In this document: in pieces, positions 9,753 through 17,735 of the stretch | Layout of the letters: each line of letters opens with the position of its first letter | Numbering within the stretch: position 1 is the stretch's first letter | Origin: Symbiobacteriaceae bacterium | GTDB lineage: Bacteria; Bacillota; JAAYKD01; WRDA01 | NCBI GenBank assembly: GCA_009779515.1 | Contig: WREE01000001.1 | Span: 1 to 34,631, forward strand | Length of the DNA stretch: 34,631 nucleotides | Direction: 5' to 3' | Translations under genes and position numbers: made by a program | Notes under the pieces: generated by a model | The model's input: only the letters and a program-made list of their open reading frames with translations | Databases searched by the model: none | Told to the model about the DNA's origin: nothing

Positions 9753-10069
9753 TTGTGTATCACCTCATACTCGCTGGTTACCTGGGGGTTACTGGCTACC
9801 TCCAAGTGAGCTATCAGATGAGCGGATACGGGGTTTGACAGCCAGAGAAAGACAATAATCAGCAAGAGTTTCCAAGAAGCTGCCGAAAAACCGTAGTAAA
9901 ACATCAGAGCAGAAAAAGTAAGAACCATGCCAAAGGTGTCACATTTAGCCGCCGCGTGGATACGGTTGAGCACATAGCTAATGCGAAAAAGACCAACGAC
10001 CGCCACGGCGATGACCAGCAAACCTGCTACTAGCAAGAGGGCGATAAGAGCAAAGACGAGGTAGCTCAT
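9749..10069 (-). CDS. mrpG: MrpG/MnhG subunit.
   Basis: 106 aa. GLFRISYVLNRIHAAAKCDTFG matches the MnhG signature (R..D...R.HA..K). It overlaps its neighbours by 4 nt. Confidence 0.85.
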   Translation of the reverse strand: MSYLVFALIALLLVAGLLVIAVAVVGLFRISYVLNRIHAAAKCDTFGMVLTFSALMFYYGFSAASWKLLLIIVFLWLSNPVSAHLIAHLEVASNPQVTSEYEVIHK

Positions 10070-10383
10070 ACTTCCTCCCGCCTATCTTCCAGCTTCACCG
10101 GACGAGTATGGTGGGGGAGGATATAGCATTTGGAAAGGACTACCACTGCCAGGAAGGAGATCATGGCATAGACAATGGCCACATCCAGCATCGCGGCTTC
10201 TCCCAACAGGCAGGACAAAATAGCTATAAGGATAATGCCTTTGGTGCAGATTAAGTTGATGGCGATGAGCCGGTCGGTAAAACGCGGTCCCAAAATGGCT
10301 CGGATTAAGCTGATAAAAATTAAAAGGACTAGCAGGGTAGCACTAAAGATAAAAAGAGTGTTGTAGGCTACACTTAGGTTCAC
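10066..10383 (-). CDS. mrpF: MrpF/MnhF subunit.
   Basis: 105 aa. RAILGPRFTDRLIAINL and LDVAIVYAMISFL fit the MnhF pattern. Confidence 0.85.
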   Translation of the reverse strand: MNLSVAYNTLFIFSATLLVLLIFISLIRAILGPRFTDRLIAINLICTKGIILIAILSCLLGEAAMLDVAIVYAMISFLAVVVLSKCYILPHHTRPVKLEDRREEV

Positions 10384-10865
10384 ATACGTCCCCCCTCTAT
10401 CTGCTGCTCAATCTGTTTGAGTAGGCGCACAAAAATGGAGCTATCTATATCTTCGGCTAGACTGGGGTTTAGGCAGTGGATACAGAAGGTATCGTGGTCT
10501 AAGTCCACCGTTAAAGTGCCAGGAGTGAGGGTAATGGAGTTGGCTAAAACCACTTTGGCAGCATTACTTTTCAAGTCGCTTTTAAAATACAATAGACAAG
10601 GCTGCAGCATCGCCTTGGGATCAGGAGATAGCACAATCTTGATAACTGCCAGGGTAGCTTTTCCCGTTTCCGCCACTAAAACCAAACCATAAAGGACTAG
10701 CCAGCGGAGGTTGCGCCACAGGCGTCCGGCTAATCTGGGACGGTAACGCAGGTAGCGATGAGCAAACCAAGCAATCATCGCTGAAACCAGAGACCCTACA
10801 GTTAAAATCTGCCAGGAGAGTTGCATGGAAAAAAGGAGCCAGAGGAGAAGATAAAGCAGGAACAA
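10380..10865 (-). CDS. mrpE: MrpE/MnhE subunit.
   Basis: 161 aa with a TTG start 9 nt after an AAGGGGGG RBS. LANSITLTPGTLTVDL is the classic MnhE motif. It is the first gene of the cluster. Confidence 0.85.
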   Translation of the reverse strand: MFLLYLLLWLLFSMQLSWQILTVGSLVSAMIAWFAHRYLRYRPRLAGRLWRNLRWLVLYGLVLVAETGKATLAVIKIVLSPDPKAMLQPCLLYFKSDLKSNAAKVVLANSITLTPGTLTVDLDHDTFCIHCLNPSLAEDIDSSIFVRLLKQIEQQIEGGRM

Positions 10866-11047
10866 GGCGTTTTACCCCCCTTTAGCTAATAATATCTCGC
10901 CTATTATACAATTAAAGCAGCAAATGTGTCAATAACCACGGAACATAAAAATTGGACTGTACCAATTAGGCAATACCAAAAAATGGCAAGCAAGAAAGCC
11001 TCTCTTGATAGCCTTTGGTATTGTCTTTTCTTTTACTTTAGTATAGA

Positions 11048-11235
11048 ATAGACGCGCATGAACTGCGTTCACCCAGAAAATGATAAATGCTCGCGTCTAT
11101 TCGCCACGCGACCGCGTGGTGCTGGAACGTAGTTCCTGTAGGTGCAAACAAACTTTTCCTACGGGACCCGGGGTCCCCGCGCACATGTGCGTGGGGTGGG
11201 AGTCTGGGGTTTGGGGGCGGGTAGCCCCCATATAG
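11048..11235 (+). repeat. Structured repeat family 1, copy 1 (candidate cis-regulatory RNA or small mobile element), 115 nt upstream of hydC.
   Basis: It aligns with 17736-17926. The 61-nt 5' module is 57/61 identical, the 3' module has identical blocks of 34 and 26 nt, and the central 60 nt has diverged but keeps its hairpins. Hairpins lie at 11048-11100, 11124-11136, 11138-11162, 11175-11196 and 11213-11229. Confidence 0.85.
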
Positions 11236-11350
11236 CATAATTATTAGCACGATCATAGTTATCTGAGCGATTATTGAACCTCACGTTTGGAGCCAATTTG
11301 GAAAAGCATCCACAAAAAAAGGGAGCACTGCTCCTGTAGGAGGTTTTGCT

Positions 11351-11863
11351 ATGTCTCAAAGTGCTAGCTGCCTGACGGAGAAGTATGGGGAGATCGATAA
11401 GTATATCGATAACCTTCCTTCCCTGCGGGGAGCCTTGGTAACTGTCCTGCACCAGGCACAAACCATCTATGGTTACCTACCCGAAGAACTACAGCTTCAT
11501 ATTGCCCGGCGGCTGAATGTTCCTGCCGCTCAGGTGTATGGTGTGGTTTCTTTCTATTCCTTCTTTACCATGGAGCCTAAAGGGCAATGCGCCATCTCTC
11601 TGTGCATGGGAACCGCCTGTTTTGTGCTGGGAGCAGGAGGCGTCCTCCAAGAGTTTGAGAAAGAGCTGGGGATTAAAGCCGGAGAAACCACCCCGGATAA
11701 CCTCTTCTCCCTGGATGCTCTGCGCTGTGTCGGTGCCTGCAGTCTGGCTCCGGTAGTACTGGTGGGAGACAAGGTTTACGGTAAGGCAACAACCTCGCAG
11801 GTTCGCGGTATCATTGAAGAGCACATGCAGCGCATGGCTAAAGGAGGTGGCAGCAATGAGTAA
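11351..11863 (+). CDS. hydC: [FeFe]-hydrogenase NuoE-like [2Fe-2S] subunit (HydC type).
   Basis: 170 aa with the thioredoxin-like 2Fe-2S ferredoxin cysteine pattern (SLCMGTAC .. RCVGACSLAP). A GGAGG RBS precedes it, and its stop overlaps the next start (ATGAGTAA). Confidence 0.9.
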   Translation: MSQSASCLTEKYGEIDKYIDNLPSLRGALVTVLHQAQTIYGYLPEELQLHIARRLNVPAAQVYGVVSFYSFFTMEPKGQCAISLCMGTACFVLGAGGVLQEFEKELGIKAGETTPDNLFSLDALRCVGACSLAPVVLVGDKVYGKATTSQVRGIIEEHMQRMAKGGGSNE

Positions 11864-13754
11864 AAGGATAGGAAGCCCTGAAGAGCTGCGTGAGCTCCAA
11901 GTCAAGCTGGCACCTCGCACCGCCCTACGCCTTTCCCCGGCTGAAAGAGAAGCCCTGGGAATTCCCGCTGCCGAGAAAATGAATATTCTGGTCTGCGGCG
12001 GACCTGCCTGCAAATCTACTGACAGCGACCATATCATTACCCAGCTTAGGGTAGAGTTGCAAAAAGCCGGTTTAGCCGAGGAGGTTAAGGTTGTACCTGC
12101 CGGTTGTATGGGCTACTGCGCCCAGGGACCGGTGCTCAAAGTCCAGCCAGACAACACCTTTTATGTTCAAGTTAAAGCTACCGATGCTGCCGAAATAGTG
12201 CAAAAGCATATTTTAAACCACCAGTATGTGGAACGCCTCATGTTTCATCACCCCGCCAGCGGAGCCCCCTGCCGTCAAGAAGAAGATATCCCCTTCTTCC
12301 AGGGTCAGGTGCGCATCGCTTTGCGTAACTGTGGGGTAGTAGACCCGGCGTATATCGAAGACTATATCTCTCTCAAAGGTTACCAGGGATTAGTTAAAGC
12401 CATGGAGATAGGACCCGATGCCACCGTGGCGATGATTAAGCAGGCTGGTTTGCGGGGGAGAGGCGGTGCCGGCTTCCCTACCGGCACCAAGTGGGAGTTT
12501 ACCCAAAGCTATACAGCTACACCCAAGTATGTGGTTTGTAATGCCGACGAAGGCGACCCCGGTGCTTTTATGGACAGGTGCATTATGGAAGGCGACCCCC
12601 ACTCCGTGCTGGAAGCCATGGCTATCGCCGGGCACAGTATCGGCGCCGCAGAAGGGGTTATCTACGTTCGTGCCGAGTATCCTCTGGCGGTGCAATCACT
12701 GCAAACAGCTATCAAGCAAGCCGAAGAGTTCGGCTTATTGGGAGAAAACATTCTAGGCACAGGCTTTAACTTCTCCATCCGCTTAAACCTGGGGGCAGGT
12801 GCCTTCGTGTGTGGGGAAGAAACGGCTTTGCTATCTTCTATTGAAGGTAACCGTGGTGAGCCACGGGTGCGTCCCCCCTACCCGGCAGAGAAAGGGCTCT
12901 GGGGGCAACCCACCGTGTTAAACAATGTGGAAACTTACGCCAACGTACCTGCCATTATGCTGCGTGGCGCCGCATGGTTCTCCTCATATGGCACCGCTGG
13001 CAGCAAAGGGACAAAAGTCTTCGCTCTGGCAGGTAAAATTAATAATATTGGGCTCATTGAAGTCCCTATGGGGACTACCCTCGACCATATCATCAACCAT
13101 ATCGGAGGCGGCATTCAAAACAACCGGGCGTTCAAGGCAGTACAGACCGGCGGTCCTTCGGGAGGCTGCATGCCCACCGCTCTGCTGCAAACCGAAGTGG
13201 ATTACGAATCTCTCACCCAAGCAGGCTCCATGATGGGCTCGGGAGGGATGATCGTTCTAGACGAAGACGACTGTATGGTTAATATTGCCAAATACTTCTT
13301 GGAGTTTACCGTAGATGAATCCTGCGGTCGCTGCACCCCGTGTCGTATTGGCACCAAGCGACTCTACGAAATGCTGGAGCGTATTACCACCGGTAAAGGG
13401 ACGAACAAAGATATTGTCGATCTCCAGGAGTTGGGGGACATCATTCGAGATTGTTCCCTCTGTGGTTTAGGGCAAACGGCGCCTAACCCGGTTATCTCCA
13501 CCTTGCGTTATTTCAAAGATGAATATATTGCCCACGTGGAGGAGCATCGTTGCCCAGCTTTAGCTTGCACCGAACTGCTCACCTTCACCGTAGTGGCAGA
13601 TAAGTGCATTGGTTGTACTGTCTGTGCCCGTAACTGCCCGGCAGATGCCATCAGCGGTGTGGTGCGGGCTGCTCACACCATCGATCCCGATAAATGCGTT
13701 AAGTGCGGCATCTGTCTCGATAAGTGCCCCACCAAAGCTATCATACGCTACTAA
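11856..13754 (+). CDS. hydB: [FeFe]-hydrogenase NuoF-like flavoprotein subunit (HydB type; NADH/FMN-binding, multiple Fe-S clusters).
   Basis: Start chosen at ATG 11856, after an AAAGGAGG RBS (MSKRIGSPEEL..). It has an N-terminal 2Fe-2S domain (VCGGPACKS..CMGYCAQGP), GRGGAGFPTGTKW, ESCGRCTPCR, and a C-terminal 2x[4Fe-4S] ferredoxin domain (CIGCTVCARNCP, CVKCGICLDKCP). Confidence 0.92.
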   Translation: MSKRIGSPEELRELQVKLAPRTALRLSPAEREALGIPAAEKMNILVCGGPACKSTDSDHIITQLRVELQKAGLAEEVKVVPAGCMGYCAQGPVLKVQPDNTFYVQVKATDAAEIVQKHILNHQYVERLMFHHPASGAPCRQEEDIPFFQGQVRIALRNCGVVDPAYIEDYISLKGYQGLVKAMEIGPDATVAMIKQAGLRGRGGAGFPTGTKWEFTQSYTATPKYVVCNADEGDPGAFMDRCIMEGDPHSVLEAMAIAGHSIGAAEGVIYVRAEYPLAVQSLQTAIKQAEEFGLLGENILGTGFNFSIRLNLGAGAFVCGEETALLSSIEGNRGEPRVRPPYPAEKGLWGQPTVLNNVETYANVPAIMLRGAAWFSSYGTAGSKGTKVFALAGKINNIGLIEVPMGTTLDHIINHIGGGIQNNRAFKAVQTGGPSGGCMPTALLQTEVDYESLTQAGSMMGSGGMIVLDEDDCMVNIAKYFLEFTVDESCGRCTPCRIGTKRLYEMLERITTGKGTNKDIVDLQELGDIIRDCSLCGLGQTAPNPVISTLRYFKDEYIAHVEEHRCPALACTELLTFTVVADKCIGCTVCARNCPADAISGVVRAAHTIDPDKCVKCGICLDKCPTKAIIRY

Positions 13755-13769
13755 CGGAGGTGAAGAGCC

Positions 13770-15533
13770 ATGAATAATAATGACGAAGTAAAAAAGGTTA
13801 ACCTAACCATCAACGGTACCGCTATCGCGGTGGCGCCGGGCACTGTTTTATTGGCGGCAGCTCATCAAGCCGGGGTGCATATCCCCTCCCTTTGCTATCT
13901 TAATTCCGATGAGTTCCAATACCGCAACAGCGTCGGCTCTTGCCGTGTCTGTATGGTGGAAGTGGTAGGCAGACGCGGCTTAGTTCCCGCTTGCTCCACC
14001 ACCGTCTACGAAGGTATGGTTGTGCGCACCGATTCTCTCAAAGCAATCCGTGCGCGGCGCACCATGGTGGAACTGCTTCTTTCCAACCACCCCAGCGACT
14101 GTCTAATTTGTGAACGTAACGGTAACTGTCAGCTGCAACAGATGGCTGCCGATATGGGGATTCGCAGCATTAAATACAAGGGAGCTGTCTCTTCCCACCC
14201 TAAAGATATCGAAAGCTTCTCCATTGTCCGCAACCCGGACAAATGTATTCTCTGCCGCCGTTGCGAAACCATGTGCAACTCTATCCAGAGTGTGGGGGTC
14301 TACTCCGCTATCGGGCGCGGCTTCGAGACCACCATGGGCACTGCTTTCAACAAGCCGATTATCGAAACCACCTGCACCTTCTGTGGACAGTGCGTTTCCG
14401 TTTGTCCTACCGGTGCTCTTTCGGAAGTGGATGCCACTGAAGAGGTCTGGAAGCTACTGCAGGCTCCCGGTAAAGTGGTTATCGCTCAAACCGCTCCTGC
14501 TATCCGGGTGGCGTTAGGGGAAGAGTTTGGCATGGAGCCAGGCTCGGTAATCACCGGCAAGCTAGCGGCGGCTCTGCGTCGTTTAGGTTTCGCCAAGGTC
14601 ATGGACACTAACTTCACCGCCGATGTCACCATCATGGAAGAAGCCAGCGAGTTTGTTCACCGCTTCCAGCACGGTGGCAAGCTGCCTTTACTCACCAGTT
14701 GCTGCCCTGCCTGGATTAAATTCTTTGAGCATCAGTTCCCGGATTTGCTGGATGTCCCTTCCAGTTGTAAATCACCCATGGAGATGATGGGCGCTCTCAT
14801 TAAGAGCTACTACGCCGAAAAAGCCGGCGTCGACCCCCAAGACATTGTCGTGGTTTCGATTATGCCCTGCCTGGCGAAAAAGTTTGAAGCGGCTCGTCCG
14901 GAGCTGGTTTCATCCAAAGGGCATTCCGATGTAGATATTGTCCTCTCCACCAGGGAGCTAGCGCGTATGATTCGGGAAGCCGGTATCGAATTCCTCTCCC
15001 TCCCCGATGAAGAGTATGATAACCCCTTAAGCGACAGCACCGGCGCTGCCGATATCTTTGGCACCACCGGCGGGGTTTTAGAGGCAGCTTTACGCACCGC
15101 CTACAAAATGGTTACCGACGAAGATTTACAAGCTGTGGAGTTTCAAATGCTGCGGGGTGTCGACGGAGTGCGCGAAGCCGAAATACCTTTTGGCAACACC
15201 AAAGTCAGGGTGGCTATTGCCAACGGTTTGGCTAACGCCCGAGAGCTGCTCCAAAAGGTGCAGTCCGGAGAAGTGGAATACCATATCATCGAAGTTATGG
15301 CCTGCCCCGGCGGCTGTATCGGTGGCGGTGGGCAGCCCTACACCAAAGGCAATATGGAAATCCTGCGCCGTCGCGCCGCAGGGTTATACGCTATCGACAG
15401 CGCCAAAACTATCCGCCGCTCCTACGAAAACCAAGCCATGCTCACTATGTATGCTGAGTATATTGGGGTGCCTTACGGGGAAAAAGCCCACGAGTTGCTG
15501 CATACCTCTTATGTGCGTCGGGAAGATAAGTAA
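13770..15533 (+). CDS. hydA: [FeFe]-hydrogenase catalytic subunit (H-cluster domain with N-terminal 2Fe-2S and 4Fe-4S domains).
   Basis: 587 aa with H-cluster signatures TSCCPAW, MPCLAKKFE and EVMACPGGCIGGGGQP. The N-terminal Fe-S modules include CRVCMVEV, CILCRRCETMC and CTFCGQCVSVCP. Confidence 0.95.
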   Translation: MNNNDEVKKVNLTINGTAIAVAPGTVLLAAAHQAGVHIPSLCYLNSDEFQYRNSVGSCRVCMVEVVGRRGLVPACSTTVYEGMVVRTDSLKAIRARRTMVELLLSNHPSDCLICERNGNCQLQQMAADMGIRSIKYKGAVSSHPKDIESFSIVRNPDKCILCRRCETMCNSIQSVGVYSAIGRGFETTMGTAFNKPIIETTCTFCGQCVSVCPTGALSEVDATEEVWKLLQAPGKVVIAQTAPAIRVALGEEFGMEPGSVITGKLAAALRRLGFAKVMDTNFTADVTIMEEASEFVHRFQHGGKLPLLTSCCPAWIKFFEHQFPDLLDVPSSCKSPMEMMGALIKSYYAEKAGVDPQDIVVVSIMPCLAKKFEAARPELVSSKGHSDVDIVLSTRELARMIREAGIEFLSLPDEEYDNPLSDSTGAADIFGTTGGVLEAALRTAYKMVTDEDLQAVEFQMLRGVDGVREAEIPFGNTKVRVAIANGLANARELLQKVQSGEVEYHIIEVMACPGGCIGGGGQPYTKGNMEILRRRAAGLYAIDSAKTIRRSYENQAMLTMYAEYIGVPYGEKAHELLHTSYVRREDK

Positions 15534-15540
15534 CCACCTG

Positions 15541-15563
15541 AAACCGGTTTGTCTTCAGCCTCA
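15541..15563 (+). repeat. Family 2 ends-only junction (left terminus AAACCGGTTT joined directly to right terminus GTCTTCAGCCTCA).
   Basis: The 23 nt AAACCGGTTTGTCTTCAGCCTCA combine the first ~10 nt and the last ~13 nt of the full copies at 31314-31481 and 19771-19944, with nothing in between. Confidence 0.6.
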
Positions 15564-15605
15564 GCCGTTAGAGAGCCATACGCTCTCTAACGGCTTTGTG
15601 GTTTT
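15564..15605 (+). terminator. Rho-independent terminator of the hyd operon.
   Basis: A 13-bp perfect stem, GCCGTTAGAGAGC / GCTCTCTAACGGC (15564-15576 / 15582-15594), with a 5-nt loop, followed by TTTGTGGTTTT. Confidence 0.85.
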
Positions 15606-15767
15606 GGGGGTTTGTTAGCGGAAGATCACGACGAGCAAGATTACAGGGATATGATAAAGAAATTGAAAATATATATAATTATCTTTGATGATTTACAAAA
15701 TATTGTTATCGCTATGCACCTTAGATATTTATTCTTACGCGGTAAAAAATTGAAATTTTAAAAAATG

Positions 15768-15796
15768 TTGAAATGTCTACAAAAATACTGTAAAAT
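15768..15796 (+). promoter_or_regulatory. Sigma-A-type promoter candidate for the first MCP gene.
   Basis: TTGAAA (15768-15773), a 17-nt spacer, then TAAAAT (15791-15796), within a very AT-rich 235-nt spacer. An AAGGAG RBS lies at 15824-15829. Confidence 0.5.
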
Positions 15797-15841
15797 GGTT
15801 TTACCGCTTCCGAAAATTTTAATAAGGAGCAAAATTCATCT

Positions 15842-17650
15842 ATGAAAAATCTCAAAATCAGTCACAAAATTCTGTTGTCTTTCGGCATAATAACGCTAGT
15901 GATTCTCGCGTTTTCCGTTTTTGTAGTCATTTCCAACCTGTCTACCAACGCCAACGCTTATACGATGCGTTATGAGATGCAGATGCAAGCCCTGGGCACT
16001 AGTTTAGTAGATGATTTTTCGCAGGCGAACGCTGGGGTCAATATCATCAACTTTTCTTTTGATAAAAGGGAGTTTGACAGTATTTTAACGAATATTTCCT
16101 CCAGTCAGCTCGTGCTTCAGCAAATGAAAACCTATATTGCCGATCATCGGGAATTGGCTGTCTATCGACCTGAAGTGGATGCGGTATCCAATAGCATAAA
16201 CATATGGAGTAAAAACATAAATGAAATTCTTGCTCTTAGCCAAGAGCTGGATGCGATCATCGAGGGAGCTCACAACAATCAGCGAGTACTCACCAACCAA
16301 AGTGCAGGTGTTTTAGATTATCAAATGGAGCTTTCCCGGGAGGAAGCATATCAAGATATTGACGAAGCGGCTCGGATTCGTCGCGTCGACCGCGTGGAAC
16401 AGGGCGTGGACATTTCCAATAGACTTAATGCTATTGGGGCTTCATTTGAACTAATGTTTCGGTCTCTCGATATCTCGCGCATCTATGAAGATATGGCGTT
16501 TCTCGAAGAAACTGTTATTATTTTAACAGAGTTTCGTGATGGAAGCGCTCTGCAGTACAACATCGATACCTCTACCGCCATGCTGGAAGCTCTCGAGGCT
16601 TATCGAGGGAACATTGCTAGTTTCTTGTCGTGCTTTTCGAAACGAACTAACCTAACGCAAGCTGGGATATTATACAGTGCAGATGCCCTGACAGCTGTTC
16701 ATAATTTGGTTTCTGCGGTGGAAGCGTCTTCCATAAGACATGCAGACGAAACCATCAAAATAACATCAACGCTGCGCATTGTTTCATTCGTCATTGTCAT
16801 CGCTGGGGTTGTCATATCCATGTTACTCGCCTTCTACATATCCGATCTCATTAGCAAGCCTCTGATAAATGCCACGGAAAAGTTGCGGGAAGTCAATGAT
16901 AATATTGGCAGCGCCGCCAACGAACTCTCGGATGCTTCAAATTCCCTTGCTGAAGCCAGTTCGGAGCAAGCTGCCTCTATTGAGGAAACATCTGCCACCA
17001 TGAACCAGACAGCGTCCATGATCTTACAGACCGTGGAAAACACTTTCCTAGCCAAGGAACTGGCTAATGAAGCTGGCATAACCATGTTAGAAGCCTTGGG
17101 TCACGCGGAAGAGCTGATCAAAAGTATGAGCGAGCTAAGCGCCAGTTCATCTGAGATCGGCAAAATAGTCTCGACCATTTCATCTATATCGTTTCAGACC
17201 AATATCTTGGCGCTCAACGCCTCAGTGGAAGCTACTCGCGCCGGTGAGGCGGGTCGAAGCTTCATGGTAGTGGCGGAGGAGGTGCGTTCCCTGGCGCAAC
17301 AGAGCGCCCAGATGGCCAATGATACTGACGCTATTATTAAAAATAACAATGCGCTTACCCTAAAGAGTGTGGATGACTCGAATTCTGTGAGCCAAATAAT
17401 GGACGCCGTAGGGGAAAAAGCCCGGAAAACGGCGGAACTTTTAAGTGAAATATCCATTGCTTCGGAGGAACAGTCCCGGGGCATCCAGCAAATCAATCTT
17501 GCCATGTCCGAGATGGAGAAAGCGACACAGTCCAGTGCGGCTATATCCGAGGAGTCGGCAGCGGCGGCTATCGAACTGCAAAGTCAGACCTTCAGCTTGC
17601 AACAGATATATGAAGATATCTGTATACTGGTCTATGGTAAAAAACAATAG
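15842..17650 (+). CDS. Methyl-accepting chemotaxis protein with a helical extracytoplasmic sensor region, two TM segments and no obvious HAMP domain.
   Basis: 602 aa. The signalling hairpin motif is [39 protein letters not shown]1 lies near residues 10-32 and TM2 near 310-335. GC content is visibly lower than in neighbouring operons. Confidence 0.9.
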   Translation: MKNLKISHKILLSFGIITLVILAFSVFVVISNLSTNANAYTMRYEMQMQALGTSLVDDFSQANAGVNIINFSFDKREFDSILTNISSSQLVLQQMKTYIADHRELAVYRPEVDAVSNSINIWSKNINEILALSQELDAIIEGAHNNQRVLTNQSAGVLDYQMELSREEAYQDIDEAARIRRVDRVEQGVDISNRLNAIGASFELMFRSLDISRIYEDMAFLEETVIILTEFRDGSALQYNIDTSTAMLEALEAYRGNIASFLSCFSKRTNLTQAGILYSADALTAVHNLVSAVEASSIRHADETIKITSTLRIVSFVIVIAGVVISMLLAFYISDLISKPLINATEKLREVNDNIGSAANELSDASNSLAEASSEQAASIEETSATMNQTASMILQTVENTFLAKELANEAGITMLEALGHAEELIKSMSELSASSSEIGKIVSTISSISFQTNILALNASVEATRAGEAGRSFMVVAEEVRSLAQQSAQMANDTDAIIKNNNALTLKSVDDSNSVSQIMDAVGEKARKTAELLSEISIASEEQSRGIQQINLAMSEMEKATQSSAAISEESAAAAIELQSQTFSLQQIYEDICILVYGKKQ

Positions 17651-17735
17651 GGCTCGTTAAATATTGGGTACGAGTAATATGTCGACGTAATAAATTGCCG
17701 AAGACCACCATCAATGAGTAGTGACGTTAATTGCT

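Noticed and set aside
10971-11023. A 10-bp perfect inverted repeat, CAATACCAAA / TTTGGTATTG, with a 33-nt spacer and a following T-rich run, which could be a terminator or operator upstream of mrpE.
   Set aside because: There is no plus-strand gene upstream for it to terminate, the loop is large, and it occurs only once. I mention it only as part of the divergent control region.
11038-11256. Minus-strand ORFs inside the family 1 repeats (72 aa at 11038-11256; 60 aa at 17711-17893; 94 aa at 17757-18041). They share the peptide stretches LPPHAHVRGDP and WRIDA.I.HFLGERSSCASI.
   Set aside because: The shared peptides simply reflect the near-identical nucleotide modules. The 21 residues between them are unrelated in the two copies, because offsetting +1/-1 indels shift the frame. 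The start codons are at non-homologous positions and there is no RBS. The nucleotide differences are compensatory within hairpins, which fits RNA or DNA structure rather than coding.
11814-11855. The ORF track's longer N-terminal extensions: hydB from 11814, pyrC from 21023, the mrpB-like gene from 9520, and the second MCP from GTG 17962.
   Set aside because: In each case an internal ATG preceded by a good GGAGG-type RBS gives the usual short overlap or gap with the upstream gene. The extension residues overlap the upstream CDS and show no family homology.
11856-11863. An identical ATGAGTAA start/stop overlap at both the hydC/hydB (11856-11863) and pyrB/pyrC (21080-21087) junctions.
   Set aside because: This is a common translational-coupling arrangement, and the identity of an 8-mer at two junctions is unremarkable.
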